Shown one piece after another: positions 47,201-64,000 of a DNA stretch of 64,000 bases; within the stretch, counting starts at the first letter, position 1, and each line of letters begins with the position of its first letter. Position numbers and translations under genes: made by a program. Source of the DNA: the human T2T-CHM13v2.0 reference genome, Homo sapiens; the NCBI RefSeq assembly GCF_009914755.1, contig NC_060930.1; one strand, written 5' to 3'. The notes under the pieces were generated by a model, which saw nothing but the letters and a program-made list of their open reading frames with translations, was not told the origin of the DNA and did not search any database.

Positions 47201-48110
47201 GTTTACTTTCCCTTTCTGCCCAGGAGAACCCACGGCTCTTCCATCATACCTCCTTTCCCCCAGCCTCCCATTAAGTCTCCCAACACATGGGCCTTTGCCC
47301 TTTATATCAGCTCTTGGAAGAGGAGAAGAGACGCTTCTTGTGTTTTTGGTATAATCGCCCTAGTTTATCTAGTTAATTGCTTTTCCTGAGACAAGCGAAG
47401 CCGTGTGCTCCTCCGACTAAACATGCCACCCTAACCGAGCCCCTCTTTTGTTTTTGGGACTGCCCCAGGCACCAAGAAGGCAAACGACACTACCCTTCGT
47501 TATCCGTTTCAGTGCTATCTTTTTTTTTTGCACCGGTTTGATTAGTTGACAACGTTGATGCATGTGTGGAAAGTTTACTGAGTATGAGAAAGTAGTCGTG
47601 GAGTCTGGGAAATTTTAAAAATATTTTTTCTAGGAGTTAGGGGTAATTGGATGGAGAACAAATGTTATATAACGTTGATAGAGCAGCTTTCAACAAATAC
47701 TGTATAAGCTAAACGTGAGAACTGGTCACAGTGTAGTAGGAGCAGTTATATTCCAAACGTAAAACCGTTCAAACGCACTATTGCATTAAAACTGTAATAT
47801 GAATATGCTAGTGTAAATAGCAGAGTTGTAGGAACACCCATTAGAAGAGATTGCCGAGAATGATTATGAATGGACCAAGACAGCTTGGGCCCCACCTCTA
47901 AGACCTCCAATTAAAAAGGCTGCTAGGAAGGGAGTGACCCGTGAATAAAAGTCAGCAATCTGAATGCTACGAACAAAATTTGGGATTGGGGGCACTGTGG
48001 AGCTGTTGGTCAGTGAGTAGTTATTTTGCGTGAATTGGTGAGGACATTAAGTCCGGGTAGAAAGAAATGTCAGGAGTAGAGGTGAAGACTTTAAAGAAAT
48101 ACGTTGTTAA

Positions 48111-48483
<373 letters not shown>

Positions 48484-48930
48484 TAGGTCTGTTTTCATTT
48501 ACTTTCTACTTAATGTTGTACAACTCAAGGAATTTCTGCCTTTCGTTTATCGGAGATTTGAAAAAAGAAAATGAAAGTAGTGTTACAAGTAAACTGTTAA
48601 ATAATAATGACAGCTGTTTGCTCTCCATGCCTCTTCTAATTGATATCTGTTGCTTACCTCAAAGTACTGTTTTGATTTTTTTTCTCTCACTGAATTTTGT
48701 GTCTTGGTCCAGTGATACAGGGTACAAATTCCGTTATCCCATTCTAAAAGTGCAAACTATCAAGTGATTAGAGGTTCTCCAATTTGTAGAGGCTCCTGAG
48801 GAAACTGGTTATAAAAGTAGTGCGGGAGGCCAGTGCTCCTAGTTCTTGTTCAGTGAAATTCTCAAGCAGATGCAGTAAGGAAAAATCAAGGAAAATGCAA
48901 CAAAAAATTATTAATTTGGACTTCATTTGA

Positions 48931-49138
<208 letters not shown>

Positions 49139-49995
49139 TAATTTTTGTATTTTTAGTAGACACAGGGTTTCACCACATTGGCCAGGATGGTCTCGAACTC
49201 CTGACCTCAGGTTATCCGTCCGCCTTGGCCTCCCAAAGTGCTGGGATTACAGGCGTGAGCCACCGCACACAGCCTACCCTGTTTACTTTTAAATGCCTTT
49301 CTGAACAATAAGTTTTTTTTTTTTCTTTTTTTGGTAAGAGATGGGGTCTTGCACTGTTGCCCAGACTAGAGTATAGTGACATTATCATAGCTCACTGCAG
49401 CCTTGACCTCCTAGGCTCAAGAGATCCTCCTACCTCAAAAACCAATATTAAAATATAAAATTCCTTCAACTATATAACCTTAATCTTGCCTTACTTTGTG
49501 AGGACTTTACTGTCTGTATTAAGTTAAAACACCTAACATTTAAAACTGTTTTTTTCAGCTTAGGCTTCAGCTTTTTTATCACACATTTAAATTAATAAAG
49601 TTTTTTCTTAGGTTGAAAGCACATTTTAGGGAAGAGAAACAAGTAGAGAAAACAGTGATTGTAGGCTTTAGACCTCTGTCATTGGTAATTTGTTAGGATC
49701 ACTTCCATTTAAAAATCACCTAATGAGCACTAGTGTCAACCTTTCCACATTTCATTTACACACCGCTTTTCTTATTCCTGTTATAAGGAGGAAGAACTTT
49801 TTGTGATCCCATCCATTCCAGCTAGTATGCCTCACAAAGAAAAGTATCTAAGCTGACTCTTTAATATTTGTAAGTTTAGGATATTACAGTGGCCCTCTCT
49901 TCTCATTCTTCTCTTTTCTTGTTAGAATTGACTCCATAAGTATGACTTTCCCAACACTTCTTGGCTCTGTTTACTTTCTATACTACATATGGTTA

Positions 49996-50457
<462 letters not shown>

Positions 50458-50722
50458 CTACTAAAAAAAAATAAAATAAAATAAATAAGCTGGGTGTGGT
50501 GGCATGAACTTGCAGTCCTAGCTACTCAGAAGGCTAAGCAGGGAGGATCGCTTGAGCCCAGGTGTTAGAAGTTACAGTGAGCTATGATCATGCCACTGTA
50601 CTCCATCTTGGGTGATACAGTGAGACCCTGTCTTCAAAAAAAATTTTGTTTTAATAAATAATGAATTTGTTAAGTTTTATGTAGAGTTTTAGGTCTGTAT
50701 TGGTTATCTTTTTGCTGTACAT

Positions 50723-52030
<1,308 letters not shown>

Positions 52031-52797
52031 TTTTTATGTCTTCTTTGCCTATTTTCAATTAGTCTTTTGACCTATTAAATTTCTATATTTTATTTGTAAA
52101 TATTCTCCTTAATTTGTAGAGCTCTTAATATAATTTGTTTAAAATTTTTCTCAATATATTCCCTAAAACTCCCACTTAAACACTATTGTTTTTATGGTTA
52201 TGAGCACTAGTTGTTTTATGATTAACTTACATGTTGCTTATCCTTGTTTGAAAGCAAAACCAAAAGTAGTTAAAGGATACAATTTTAATTGGGTATAGAA
52301 TAATAGAGACTGTAATAAAAGGCTAACTAACCTCTAGGGATTCTTTCATTTTTCATTTCATTTTTATTTTATTGTACTTGCTTTCTATCCCAAGGCTTAA
52401 ATTTAGTATTTAATAGAGGGAAAGCTCCTGGAAACATTGTCATAACATGTTTACTTTAGAGGAATGAGTTGACAGTTTCTTTACTTCCCTTAAGAGGGAC
52501 TTGTAGTAAGATAGTGAATGCTTATTACTCTCTTATGCCACATGGGTGTGACAGCTACAAGTGTCTGAAATAAAGACAAAAGGCCAACCAAACTGGAAAT
52601 CTTAATTTTTCATGTTGAAGAAACAGTTGCAGTTAGCATATGTTAGTGAGAACTAATATGAAAAGCTATAGATTTTATTCTTTGGGGAAATGTGTGAGCT
52701 ACTTCTGAAAGACAGTCATAAATTTTTCTTGCTTTTTATATTAAGTATGTATGTTTAATCAGCTTAAAGTGCCTGTAATAGAGCCCAAATCTTTTAG

Positions 52798-53061
<264 letters not shown>

Positions 53062-53707
53062 TGATCTGCCCACCTTGGCCTCCCAAAGTGCTGGGATTAT
53101 AGGCGTGAGCCACTGTGCCCAGGAGTAGTAAAGATTTGAAAAATGGGGAGCATATGCATGCCTTTCTTGGACCAGACTTTTAAGTCTTGTTATTTATAAT
53201 AATATGTAATAAAGAGTGAAATACTTGCTTGTTTTACTAATAATATTTTTATGTAAAGTGGCTAGTTTTTTTTTTGTTGTTTGTTTGTTTTTTGAGACAG
53301 GATCTCACTCTGTCACCCAGGCTGAAGTGCAGTGGCGTGATCATGCCTCACTGAAGCCTCAACCTCCGGGGCTCAGGTGATCCTCCCACCTCAGCCTCCT
53401 GAGTAGCTGGGACTACAGGCATGCACCACCATGCCCAGCTAATCTTCTTTTATTTTTAGAAGAGACAGGGTTTTGCCATATTGCCCAAGCTAGACTCGAA
53501 CCTCTGAACTCAAATGAGCCACCCGCCTTGGCCTCCCAAGTGCTGGGATTACAGGCATGAGCCAAAGAGCCTGGCCGATTTTTTTTTTTTTTCTTAACCA
53601 GAAGCTGATACTAGCGTCTGAATTTTTGTTGAAGAAATCTATGAACAAATTTGCTCTCGTTACAGTTACTAGACTGCATAATTTTTTTTTAGAAAGCATC
53701 CATGCTA

Positions 53708-53857
53708 GCCTGTAGTCCCAGCTACTTGGGAGGCTGAGGCAGGAGAATGGCGTGAACCTGGGAGGCGGAGCTTTCAGTGAGCCGAGATCGCGCCACTGCA
53801 CTCCAGCCTGGGTGACAGAGCAAGACTCCGTCTCAAAAAAAAAAAAAAAAAAAAAAA
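53708..53857 (+). mobile_element. 5'-truncated AluY right arm
   Basis: Begins GCCTGTAGTCCC, long A tail, TSD AAAGCATCC. Confidence 0.85.
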
Positions 53858-54223
53858 GCATCCCTTCTAAAGTAACCTTTCATTCTTGTATTAAAATTTT
53901 GCAACAGTGAAGTTTTACAGGAATGGGAACATAAAATATAAGGAAAAAAACTGGTTTTTAAATAAAATCTTTCAATATGTTGTAAAAAAAAGTCCGAAGC
54001 ACTTAACTTTCTAGGATCATGGAGGTGAATTATTTTGGTCTTATTGCTTAATTTTTCTTTCATAAAGAGTAAATTGAATCCTAGCACCTTTGGGAGGCCG
54101 AGGTGGGCAGATCACCTGATGTCAGGAGTTTGAGACAAGCCTGGTCAACATAGTGAAACCTTGTCTCTACTAAAAATACAAAAATTAGCCGCGTGTGGTG
54201 GTGCACACCTGTAACCCCAGCTA

Positions 54224-54350
<127 letters not shown>

Positions 54351-56325
54351 TTAGGATCATTTGACTACCTTCATTCTTGTTTTGGTTTGCTGACAATGGG
54401 TGAAAAATGAGACATTTACCTTTGAATGAGGCCAAAACGAGGTCTTTTAGCTCAAAGAATAAGATTCTAGTATGCTTGTTGAGGACTCTTTTTCTTTTTT
54501 TAAAACTTGTCCTCTTTATAATTACTGAGCTTAAAGGATGTGTATGTATATATAAAATTTTGATTGAGTCACTCTGAAGGGAGAGAATACTTAAAGCCTG
54601 TAGGATTGTCTCCTAAGAAATGATGCTGCTGCTGCTGTTTTATTTTTATTTTTATTTTTTTTTCCCTAACCACTTGGCCACCAGGGAAGAAATGCTGTTG
54701 TTTTGAAAGTAATTTAGTCTCTTTCCTACTTGCATAATGTAAACACAACAATGTTAGTAATATTTGGAAAATAGTTTAGTTTCACTTTAAGCATGAAAAC
54801 TCTTTCACCGTTTTTGGTTATAAGCTTCTATCCAGTCCCTTAACTTATGAACAAAATTTTTACATTTTTAGTAAAAGTTCTCTGAAAACAGAAATTGACT
54901 AGAAAGTTAATATACATCACCTCATGCATATTTAAAATCTCTCTGTATGTTGTTTTTAGAAGGAGTGGTCTGAAGAATATACAAGTAATAGCTAAAATGA
55001 AGACCTTATGTTGACTTCTTATGATGTTACATATCACTTGAACATACTTTTTTTTTTTTTTTTAAATAAAAATGTAACTGGAATTTAGGTAGTAATCCAT
55101 AGGTAAACATTGGAGGTTTTTTTTAATTTCAGCTTTTACTTTAGATTTAAGGAATACATGTGCAGGTTTGTTACATGAGTATATTGCACCTGGGTAGTGA
55201 GCATAGTACCCAATAGGTAGTTTTTCAACTCACTTCCCCTTCCTCTTGCCCTCCATCTGTGGGTTTTGTTCACGGTTCAGTTAACTGCATTCTAGCAGAA
55301 GTGAGTCTTTTTTTTTTTTTGTCCTTTGAGACAGACTCTTGCTCTGTCGCCCAGGCTGGATCTTGGCTCACTACAACCTCTGCCTCCTGGGTTTAAGCGA
55401 TTTCTCCTGCCTCAGCCTCTTGAGTAACTGTGATTACAGGCATGCGCCACCACATCCAGCTAATTTTTATATTTTTAGTAGAGAAGAGACTTCACCATGT
55501 TGGCCAGGCTGGTCTTGAACTCCTGACCTCAGGTGATCTGCTTGGCCTGGCCTCCCAAAGTGCTGGGAAGCTTTTCAGATTTTTCGGTGTGGATACCCAG
55601 GTTGAGCTGGAAATGGAGAAAATAACAGATTTTGGTGGAGCATGGAGGGGAGATCATGCATTCAGTTATTGAGTTGGTACCTATGAGATCTAAGTAGAAT
55701 CATGCTTTAAAATTTGTTTTTAGTGGGGAGAGCAAACGGAAAAGGCCTTATAGAGAGAGAGAAGTTGATCAGAGAAAGAAGGCATAATTGGTACAACAGT
55801 CTCTTGTGGACTGACTTATTCAATAAGAGACTGGTATATAAACTTGCTTATCAATCATTAAGAAATGTGTATTGGCTGTTCATGTTCACCGTACATATTG
55901 GCTGTTCATATTCACCGTACACTCTTCCTATGGACAAACTGACGTGAGAATTGATATCACAATGAGAATAACATTTGAGCAAAGCATTAGGAAGGACATT
56001 AGGTGAGCTCAATGGTTCATATCTTATATAATGATTTCTTGTAATTATTTTCTGGTACTGCCTAGAGAAGATTGCTTCAAGAGTCATTTTGCAGGGAAGG
56101 AGGGAGGCTTGTTTCATTTTAATTTTACTTACACTTAAAAGTAGGATTTAAACATACTTGGCATTTTAATAGATTAAATTTCTAACGTACGGTGGTGAGT
56201 GTTGTAAACAAAATATTTTAATATGCTTTTGTCATTATTTTTGTACCTAAAAGAAAGTAGGGTGAATTTGTTCAAATTAGTTTGTTGGTGTTTAAAACCA
56301 TTTCTTCTCTTTTCTTCTTTTAAAG

Positions 56326-56585
56326 AAATGGCTGCAAGCAACTGACCTCACTAGAGAAGTGTACCAGCATTTAGCCCACTATGTACCCAAAATCTACTGC
56401 AGGGGTCCCAACCCTTTTCCACAGAAAGAAGACATGCTGGCACAGCATGTTTTGTTGGGACCAATGGAATGGTACCTTTGTGGTGAAGATCCTGCATTTG
56501 GATTTCCAAAACTTGAGCAAGCAAACAAACCTTCTCATCTTTGTGGTCGTGTTTTTAAAGTAGGAGAGCCTACATATTCTTGCAG
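56326..56585 (+). CDS. UBR2: UBR2 coding exon 2 (260 nt; KWLQATDLTREVYQHL...HLCGRVFKVGEPTYSCR, start of the UBR-box zinc finger)
   Basis: Polypyrimidine tract with acceptor TAAAG| ending at 56325, open frame continuing exon 1, UBR-box motif CGRVFKVGEPTYSC, and phase-2 donor AG|GTAAAA at 56586. Confidence 0.97.
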
Positions 56586-57224
56586 GTAAAATATTTTAAT
56601 TTTCTTTCTAGGAGGCTCTTGTTTTATTTGACCTCTTTTTTTCCCTGGAACTTTTCAGTTTTTGTTTAAAAATTATGAAATACCATATCTGCTTAAAAAT
56701 CTGTATTACAAATACATGCTATTTAATAAATAATTAAAGCAAACATTTTTGTAATTATTCTTGATCAAAAAAAATTGTCACCAGCATTCTTGAAGCCCAC
56801 TGTGTGCTTTCTTCCTTCCCCCATAATTAACTGACATCTTGACTCTTGCAATAATCACTTTCTTGCTTTTCTTGATATTTTTTAGTTACAGTAATTCTGA
56901 TGTTCAAATTGCCATAGATTTGGCTAGTGAGAGCCCCGTCACACCATCTTGTCTTTTTCACATGCCTTCATTAGTTTGTGGGTGCTTCTTTCCTTTCTGG
57001 CACAAGATGCCCCAGCTCACTTTGTACTTGCTCTGACCCGTATGTACAATCAGCTATTTCTTTAAAGATTTTTCTTTCATTTGGGAATGGTAGTTAGAAA
57101 CCAAGATCTGGGTGCTGTATGCATTTACTGCTGTTAGGAAGACTTTTCTTTTTTAAATTTCTTGGTGAAAATTGAGTATACAAGGGTAGAAGATGGAGAA
57201 TAAAGTGCCTTGTCCCCTTTTTGA

Positions 57225-57569
<345 letters not shown>

Positions 57570-59159
57570 TGAGCCACTGTACCCGGCCTCTTTCAGAAAT
57601 TTTCTTTGTGTATATAGGCCAAGATATATGGCAATTTTAAACCTACATACATAAATACAGATGGGAATATGTTACATATACTGAGCTAAATTTTCTTTTC
57701 TGTATTTAACCATAGCTTAACATCTTTCCGTATCAGCTTATGTAGCTAGATAATATTCTTTTGTGTAGATGTGTTGTCAGAGACATTATTTAACTTTTTC
57801 CTTTAAACTTTTTCCTGTAAAACTGAAATTTAATAAGCTAATTTTGGTGAAAGCCTCTGGTTATCTATGGTAGTTTTCTTTATTAGCTTATTTAGAATAT
57901 CAATAGAGAACAGTATATATATTGAAAAACTATTAGACCTAGTTTTTTGTTTGCTATTACAGAAACTACTTTGAATATTCTGTTGATGTTTGGAGCAGTA
58001 GACCTAGTTGAACCTCATAATTTATGGATAGGAAATTGAGACCCCATTGTTCAGTAATGTTCTTTGTATTAATAGGATCTAGTTCCAAATTATTTGTATA
58101 TCTTGTCTTTTAATCTTCAATCTGGAATGTTTCCTCAATTTTTCTGTGACTTTCATGATCTTGACACTTTTGAAGATTACAGACCAGTTATTTTGTCAAT
58201 GTCCCCTCAATTTGGGTTTGTCTGGTTTTCGTAATTAGATTCAAGTTGCATCTGTGACAGGAGTGCCACAGAAATCATGTGTTTTAACCCTGTCAGGTGG
58301 TATGTATGATTTTGATTAGTTCTACAACTGGTGATATTGATCACTTGATTAAAGGGATGTCTGCAAGACTTCTCCACTGTAATGTTACTCTTTTCCCCTA
58401 TGTGATCAATAAGTGTGTTGTTGGGAAGTACTTTGAGACTATTAAGTATCCTCTTCATTATCAAACTTTCAATTTATTTATTTATATCAGTATTTGTGGG
58501 GTCTCATTATTATGCTCAAATTGTCCTAGATTTGGTCAATAGGAGCCCCTTCAAGCTATCTTTGTTCTTTTTCATATCTCTATCATCCTTTGAGCTCTTT
58601 TTCTTTTCCTTTCCTTTTCCCTTCTGTTTTTTCTTTTCTTCCTGGTACAACAAGATGTCCCAGGCAATCTTGAGCTTTCTCCTGCCCCAACCCTGAAATC
58701 AACCATTTTGCCAAGGATCCTGGTTCTTTTTAGTGGAAAATGGTGTTTACAAATAAGATGGTATGTGTGCATGTTGCTGTTGGTGTTATAACTCTCAGGC
58801 TGTCTCAATGGAGCTTTATTTTATACCTATCTGTATAAATGTATTGAAATAGATATTGGAAACCATGCATCTGTAGTGATCTCTTCTGTTCCCATCTAAG
58901 GTTCTTTCTAGTTTTCTTCCTTTGCATATTTTTAATTTCCTTCTCTGACAAGAGAAAACCTGATTCTCATTTTCCTCAAAATATTTGCTTATTTAATTAT
59001 TCCCCTGTATGCAGCCATTCTGCTGCTGCTGCTGCCCAACTCTCTGCATAATTGCCCCCCTTTACCCCATTTGGATTTTGTGTTCAGTACTGGGTCACAG
59101 TGGCCTTTCCCTCTTTTTTTTTTTTTTTTTTTTTTTTGAGATGGAGTCTCACCCCGTAG

Positions 59160-59441
<282 letters not shown>

Positions 59442-61306
59442 TAAGCCTTGTTCTAGGATGTATAGTTTTTCTTATTTGTGGGGGTCCCACAAATAACAGA
59501 GACACTCTGATCACATAAGTAATGCCAGGGATTTAAAGGTTACCTCCCTGGAAACCAGATCAAAGACCAGCCAGGTTCTTTATTAGATTGTTGAGAGGGT
59601 TAGTGAGATCCTTTGTGTGTAGTACTTTACACAATACTTGGCACACAGTAAACTCATAGTAAATGGCCATGCTGGGTGCTGGGGATGAATATCTCATTTT
59701 AAAAGTAGGTGTTTCCATGAAACCCAGCGCCCTGGTAAAATGACACGGAGTCTGTTATTTGGAAAGATTAAATATGGTTATTGGAATTCTGGGGAGGTTT
59801 CTAAACTAGACCCTTCAGGATAAAGGTGACTGATATCCATAATGCAGAAGGTTTCTTTAATGAGAAAGAATGATATTAAAGGATCTTTTATATATAGTAC
59901 TTAGGAAAAGGATTTGTGAAGGGCATAGATTAGTTTTGCTATGGGGAGTTATTTGTTCATAGTTTCTAAAATTGTGTTGGTCACAAATTATTTTTCTGAA
60001 GTCTCCATGATGTCAGAAAAAAGCCATCTGGGTGTTCGTAGGCAGTAAGCTACTTTTTGTGTACTCTATTAGGAAAAGAGTGGTCAAACTTAGCACTTGT
60101 TATTCGTTATTAAATAGAAATGGTTTTACAGTGTAAAAAATCTTAGTGGGCAAAAATCTTAGTGTTGATTTTGATAATTGTATATTTTGACATTTTTTAT
60201 AACCATTAAGAAAAATAAAACGAGTAGAATATGAAATCATACTTTCATGAGTTAAGTTTTTAGCTTAATACTTCTTTTAAGATACGGAGAAGTAAGGTTT
60301 CATCCCCCTGTTTTTTTAGTGTAGTTAAATTGAGAACATTCTTTTTTAACATTTAAAAACGTATTACATGAATGTTATACTTAACCAGAAATTGGCATTG
60401 GGGGCGGGGGTGGCTTATGCTGCCATCAGGAGTATTTTTGTTTCTAGATAGTATTTTATGATGCTTTATTAACTATTAAATAATTTTGTGTAGGCTTTTT
60501 TTTTTACTTTAATAGTGGTTTGTATTGGTATATAATAATTGTACATATTTATGGGGTATATGTAATTTTGATACACACACATAAGGTGTAATGATCAAAT
60601 CAAGGTAACTAGGATATCCATCACTTTGAACATTTATCATTTCTTTCTGTTGGGATGTTTTAACCCTGATTCTGTTGGTCATGACAGTTGAGATTATGCT
60701 AAAAATGATAAACAACTCTACAATCCCAAAGACTTTATGTACCAAGATATATTTATTACTCAGACTGTGTGACCAATTCAGATGAGTGGGGTGATAAGTA
60801 GAGGGTTCTGCTCCAGGTAGTTTTTTTGACACCATCTTATGTTTCCACAAGCTTACTGTAATGCTTTCAAGGTTCACCACAGCAAGAACAGAATAGAGCT
60901 GGTGGATCATTCTCAGCAAATAAATGCTTTGTCTCAGAAATTATGATCTTACCCAAATCCCATTAGGCAAAACTAGGCCTAATGCCTCTATCCAGCAACA
61001 GAATAGGTCGGGAAAGTGTAATTCTCCTAAGTCTCAGGGATAGATGAAACTAGGATGTGGATGAGCATTGGAAGTGTCTTTAGCAATGATTTTTTTACGT
61101 TTTTTAGGGTGATTTTTCCTCCCTGAGTCATTAGGATAAAATGAAGTAACGTGTATGAAAGCACATAGGTAATTATAGATATGTGTGAGGTTTTTTTTAA
61201 TTGAATACTCTTCTTCATATAAATTACTGAGCCATGAGTAGCATCTCAAGCAGAGGGGTGCAGATAGTTCTAGTTCCTTTTCTGTCTGGAAGTAATAAAG
61301 CTCTCA

Positions 61307-61612
<306 letters not shown>

Positions 61613-61627
61613 CTATTTTAAAACTGA

Positions 61628-62041
61628 GTGTTAGGCTGTTCTTGCATTGCTATAAAGAAATACCTGAGGCTGGATAATTTATAAAAAAAAGAGGTTTAAT
61701 TGGCTCACAGTTCTGCAAGACTGTACAAGCATGGCATAAACATTTGCTCAGCTTCAGGTGGGGACCTCAGGAAGCTTACAGTCATGGCTGAAGGGGAAAG
61801 GGAAGCAGGCACATCACATGGTGAGAGCAGGAACAAGAGGTGAGGAGGAGGTGCCACGCTTTTAAACAACCAGAGCTCACAAAAACTCTCTATTGGGAGA
61901 ACAGCACCAAGAGGATGGTGCTAAACTGTTCATGAGAAATCCCTCCCATGATTCAGTCACCTCCCACCAGGCCCCACCTCCAACATTGGGGATTACAATT
62001 CAACATGAGATTTAGAGGGGACACATATCCAAACTATATCA
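61628..62041 (-). mobile_element. MSTB-like MaLR LTR in UBR2 intron 2
   Basis: TTGCTATAAAGAAATACCTGAG...GGCTCACAGTTCTGCA; ends CCAAACTATATCA. Confidence 0.85.
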
Positions 62042-63076
62042 AGCTATTTCTTTATAATGTGAATAGTCCAGAGATTGGAATCAATGTTGTGTTAGTTTTA
62101 AAACCATTGGTTATTTCTTTTTTTGAGACAGAGTCCCATTCTGTCGCTTAGTCTAGAGTACAGTGGCATGATCATAACTCACTGCAGCCTCCAACTCCTG
62201 GGCCCAAGTGTTCCTTCCAAGTAGCTAGAACCATAGGCGTGTGCCACCATGCTCAGCTAACTTTTGTATTTTTGTAGAAACAGAGTTTCCCTATATTGCC
62301 CAGGCTGGTCTCAAACTCCTGGATCAAGAGATCCTCCCACCTTGGCCTCCCAAAGTGCTGGGATTACAGGTGTGAACCACTGCACCTGGCTGGCATGTGT
62401 GATACATGCTGAAATTATACTGTGTATATTACACACATATGAATGAAATTATACTATGTGTATTATAATTGTGGCTTACATTTTTTCACTTAACAGTTTG
62501 TTTTGGAGATCTTTTCATGTCAATATATATAAATCTACCTCATTCTTTATAACTGTTTTCATAGTAAGGACAGGCCATAGTTTATTTGATTGACCTAATA
62601 ATGAAATTAGAAATGGAGATTTCTAGGTTTTTTTTTTCTGTAGCAAACAATGCTGCAAGGAATACCCTGCACATGTTTGTGTACATCTCTTTGTACATGT
62701 TTCAATAAATACCCAGAGGTAGAATTTTAATTCTGTATGTTATCATGGGGCCTTCAGTATAATGGAATTTCCCTTGTCTACACTGCTCTCTCTGACCTGG
62801 GAAAATGCAGTAAATATCTTCTAGATAATTTAGATTTCTGTAGTTGTCTAAAATGAGTCTTATGTTCTTATTTTGGAGATTTGTGATTATTCAGTTTGGT
62901 GCAGAATGAAACGTAGAAGTACATGGTGGTATCATCAACTTGGCATGTAGCTAGCTGCCTTTGCCTAGATGGTAAGAAATAATAGAACCATAAAGGCTTT
63001 GGGGTAATCCATTCAGGTAGGAAACGCAAATTTATATTACTAAAATTTTATCTCTTGGCCCCTCTGTGAGTTTTGA

Positions 63077-63406
<330 letters not shown>

Positions 63407-63552
63407 TGAGCCACCGCGCCCGGCCTTAATTGTACATTTTTGACAGTAGTTAACCTTATATGATTTATGTATTGTGAAGATAGAGAACTTTCCTGTCTCA
63501 CTAGAAATTTCCCTGTCATTGGCTCCAGCCGCCTAGGTAACCACTGTGTTGA

Positions 63553-63953
<401 letters not shown>

Positions 63954-64000
63954 TAGTAGAGACCGGGTTTCGCCATGTTGGCCAAGCTGGTTTCAAACTC

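Noticed and set aside
46701-47354. Overlapping 78-155 aa ORFs on both strands at the promoter
   Set aside because: Expected from stop-codon scarcity in a CpG island; no recognisable protein.

Overview
Primate (hominid-like) genomic DNA containing the 5' end of UBR2 (N-degron pathway E3 ligase) on the + strand. It has a CpG-island promoter (~46370-47200), coding exon 1 (46907-46984) and exon 2 (56326-56585), and intron 2 runs off the window. The ~46 kb upstream is intergenic and repeat-dense: roughly 60 Alus across the whole window by eye, old L1/L2/MIR, MaLR and ERV LTRs, and DNA-transposon fossils. Almost all ORFs in the supplied track are Alu-, microsatellite- or GC-bias-derived. I see no evidence of a new multi-gene system. 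The most unusual items are: (1) a retrocopy of an unspliced pre-tRNA-Ile(TAT) 5' part with leader, intron and target-site duplication (TSD); (2) a tRNA-Gly(TCC) 5' half inserted antisense into an Alu, apparently via microhomology; (3) a ~1 kb 34-bp VNTR with a 21-bp palindrome in every unit; (4) two sense-oriented, CCAAT-rich solo LTRs (LTR12, MER51) 8-10 kb upstream of UBR2; (5) a four-copy ZNF143-type motif cluster and divergent CTCF-like motifs. Repeat subfamily names come from recalled consensus sequences and need RepeatMasker/Dfam confirmation.
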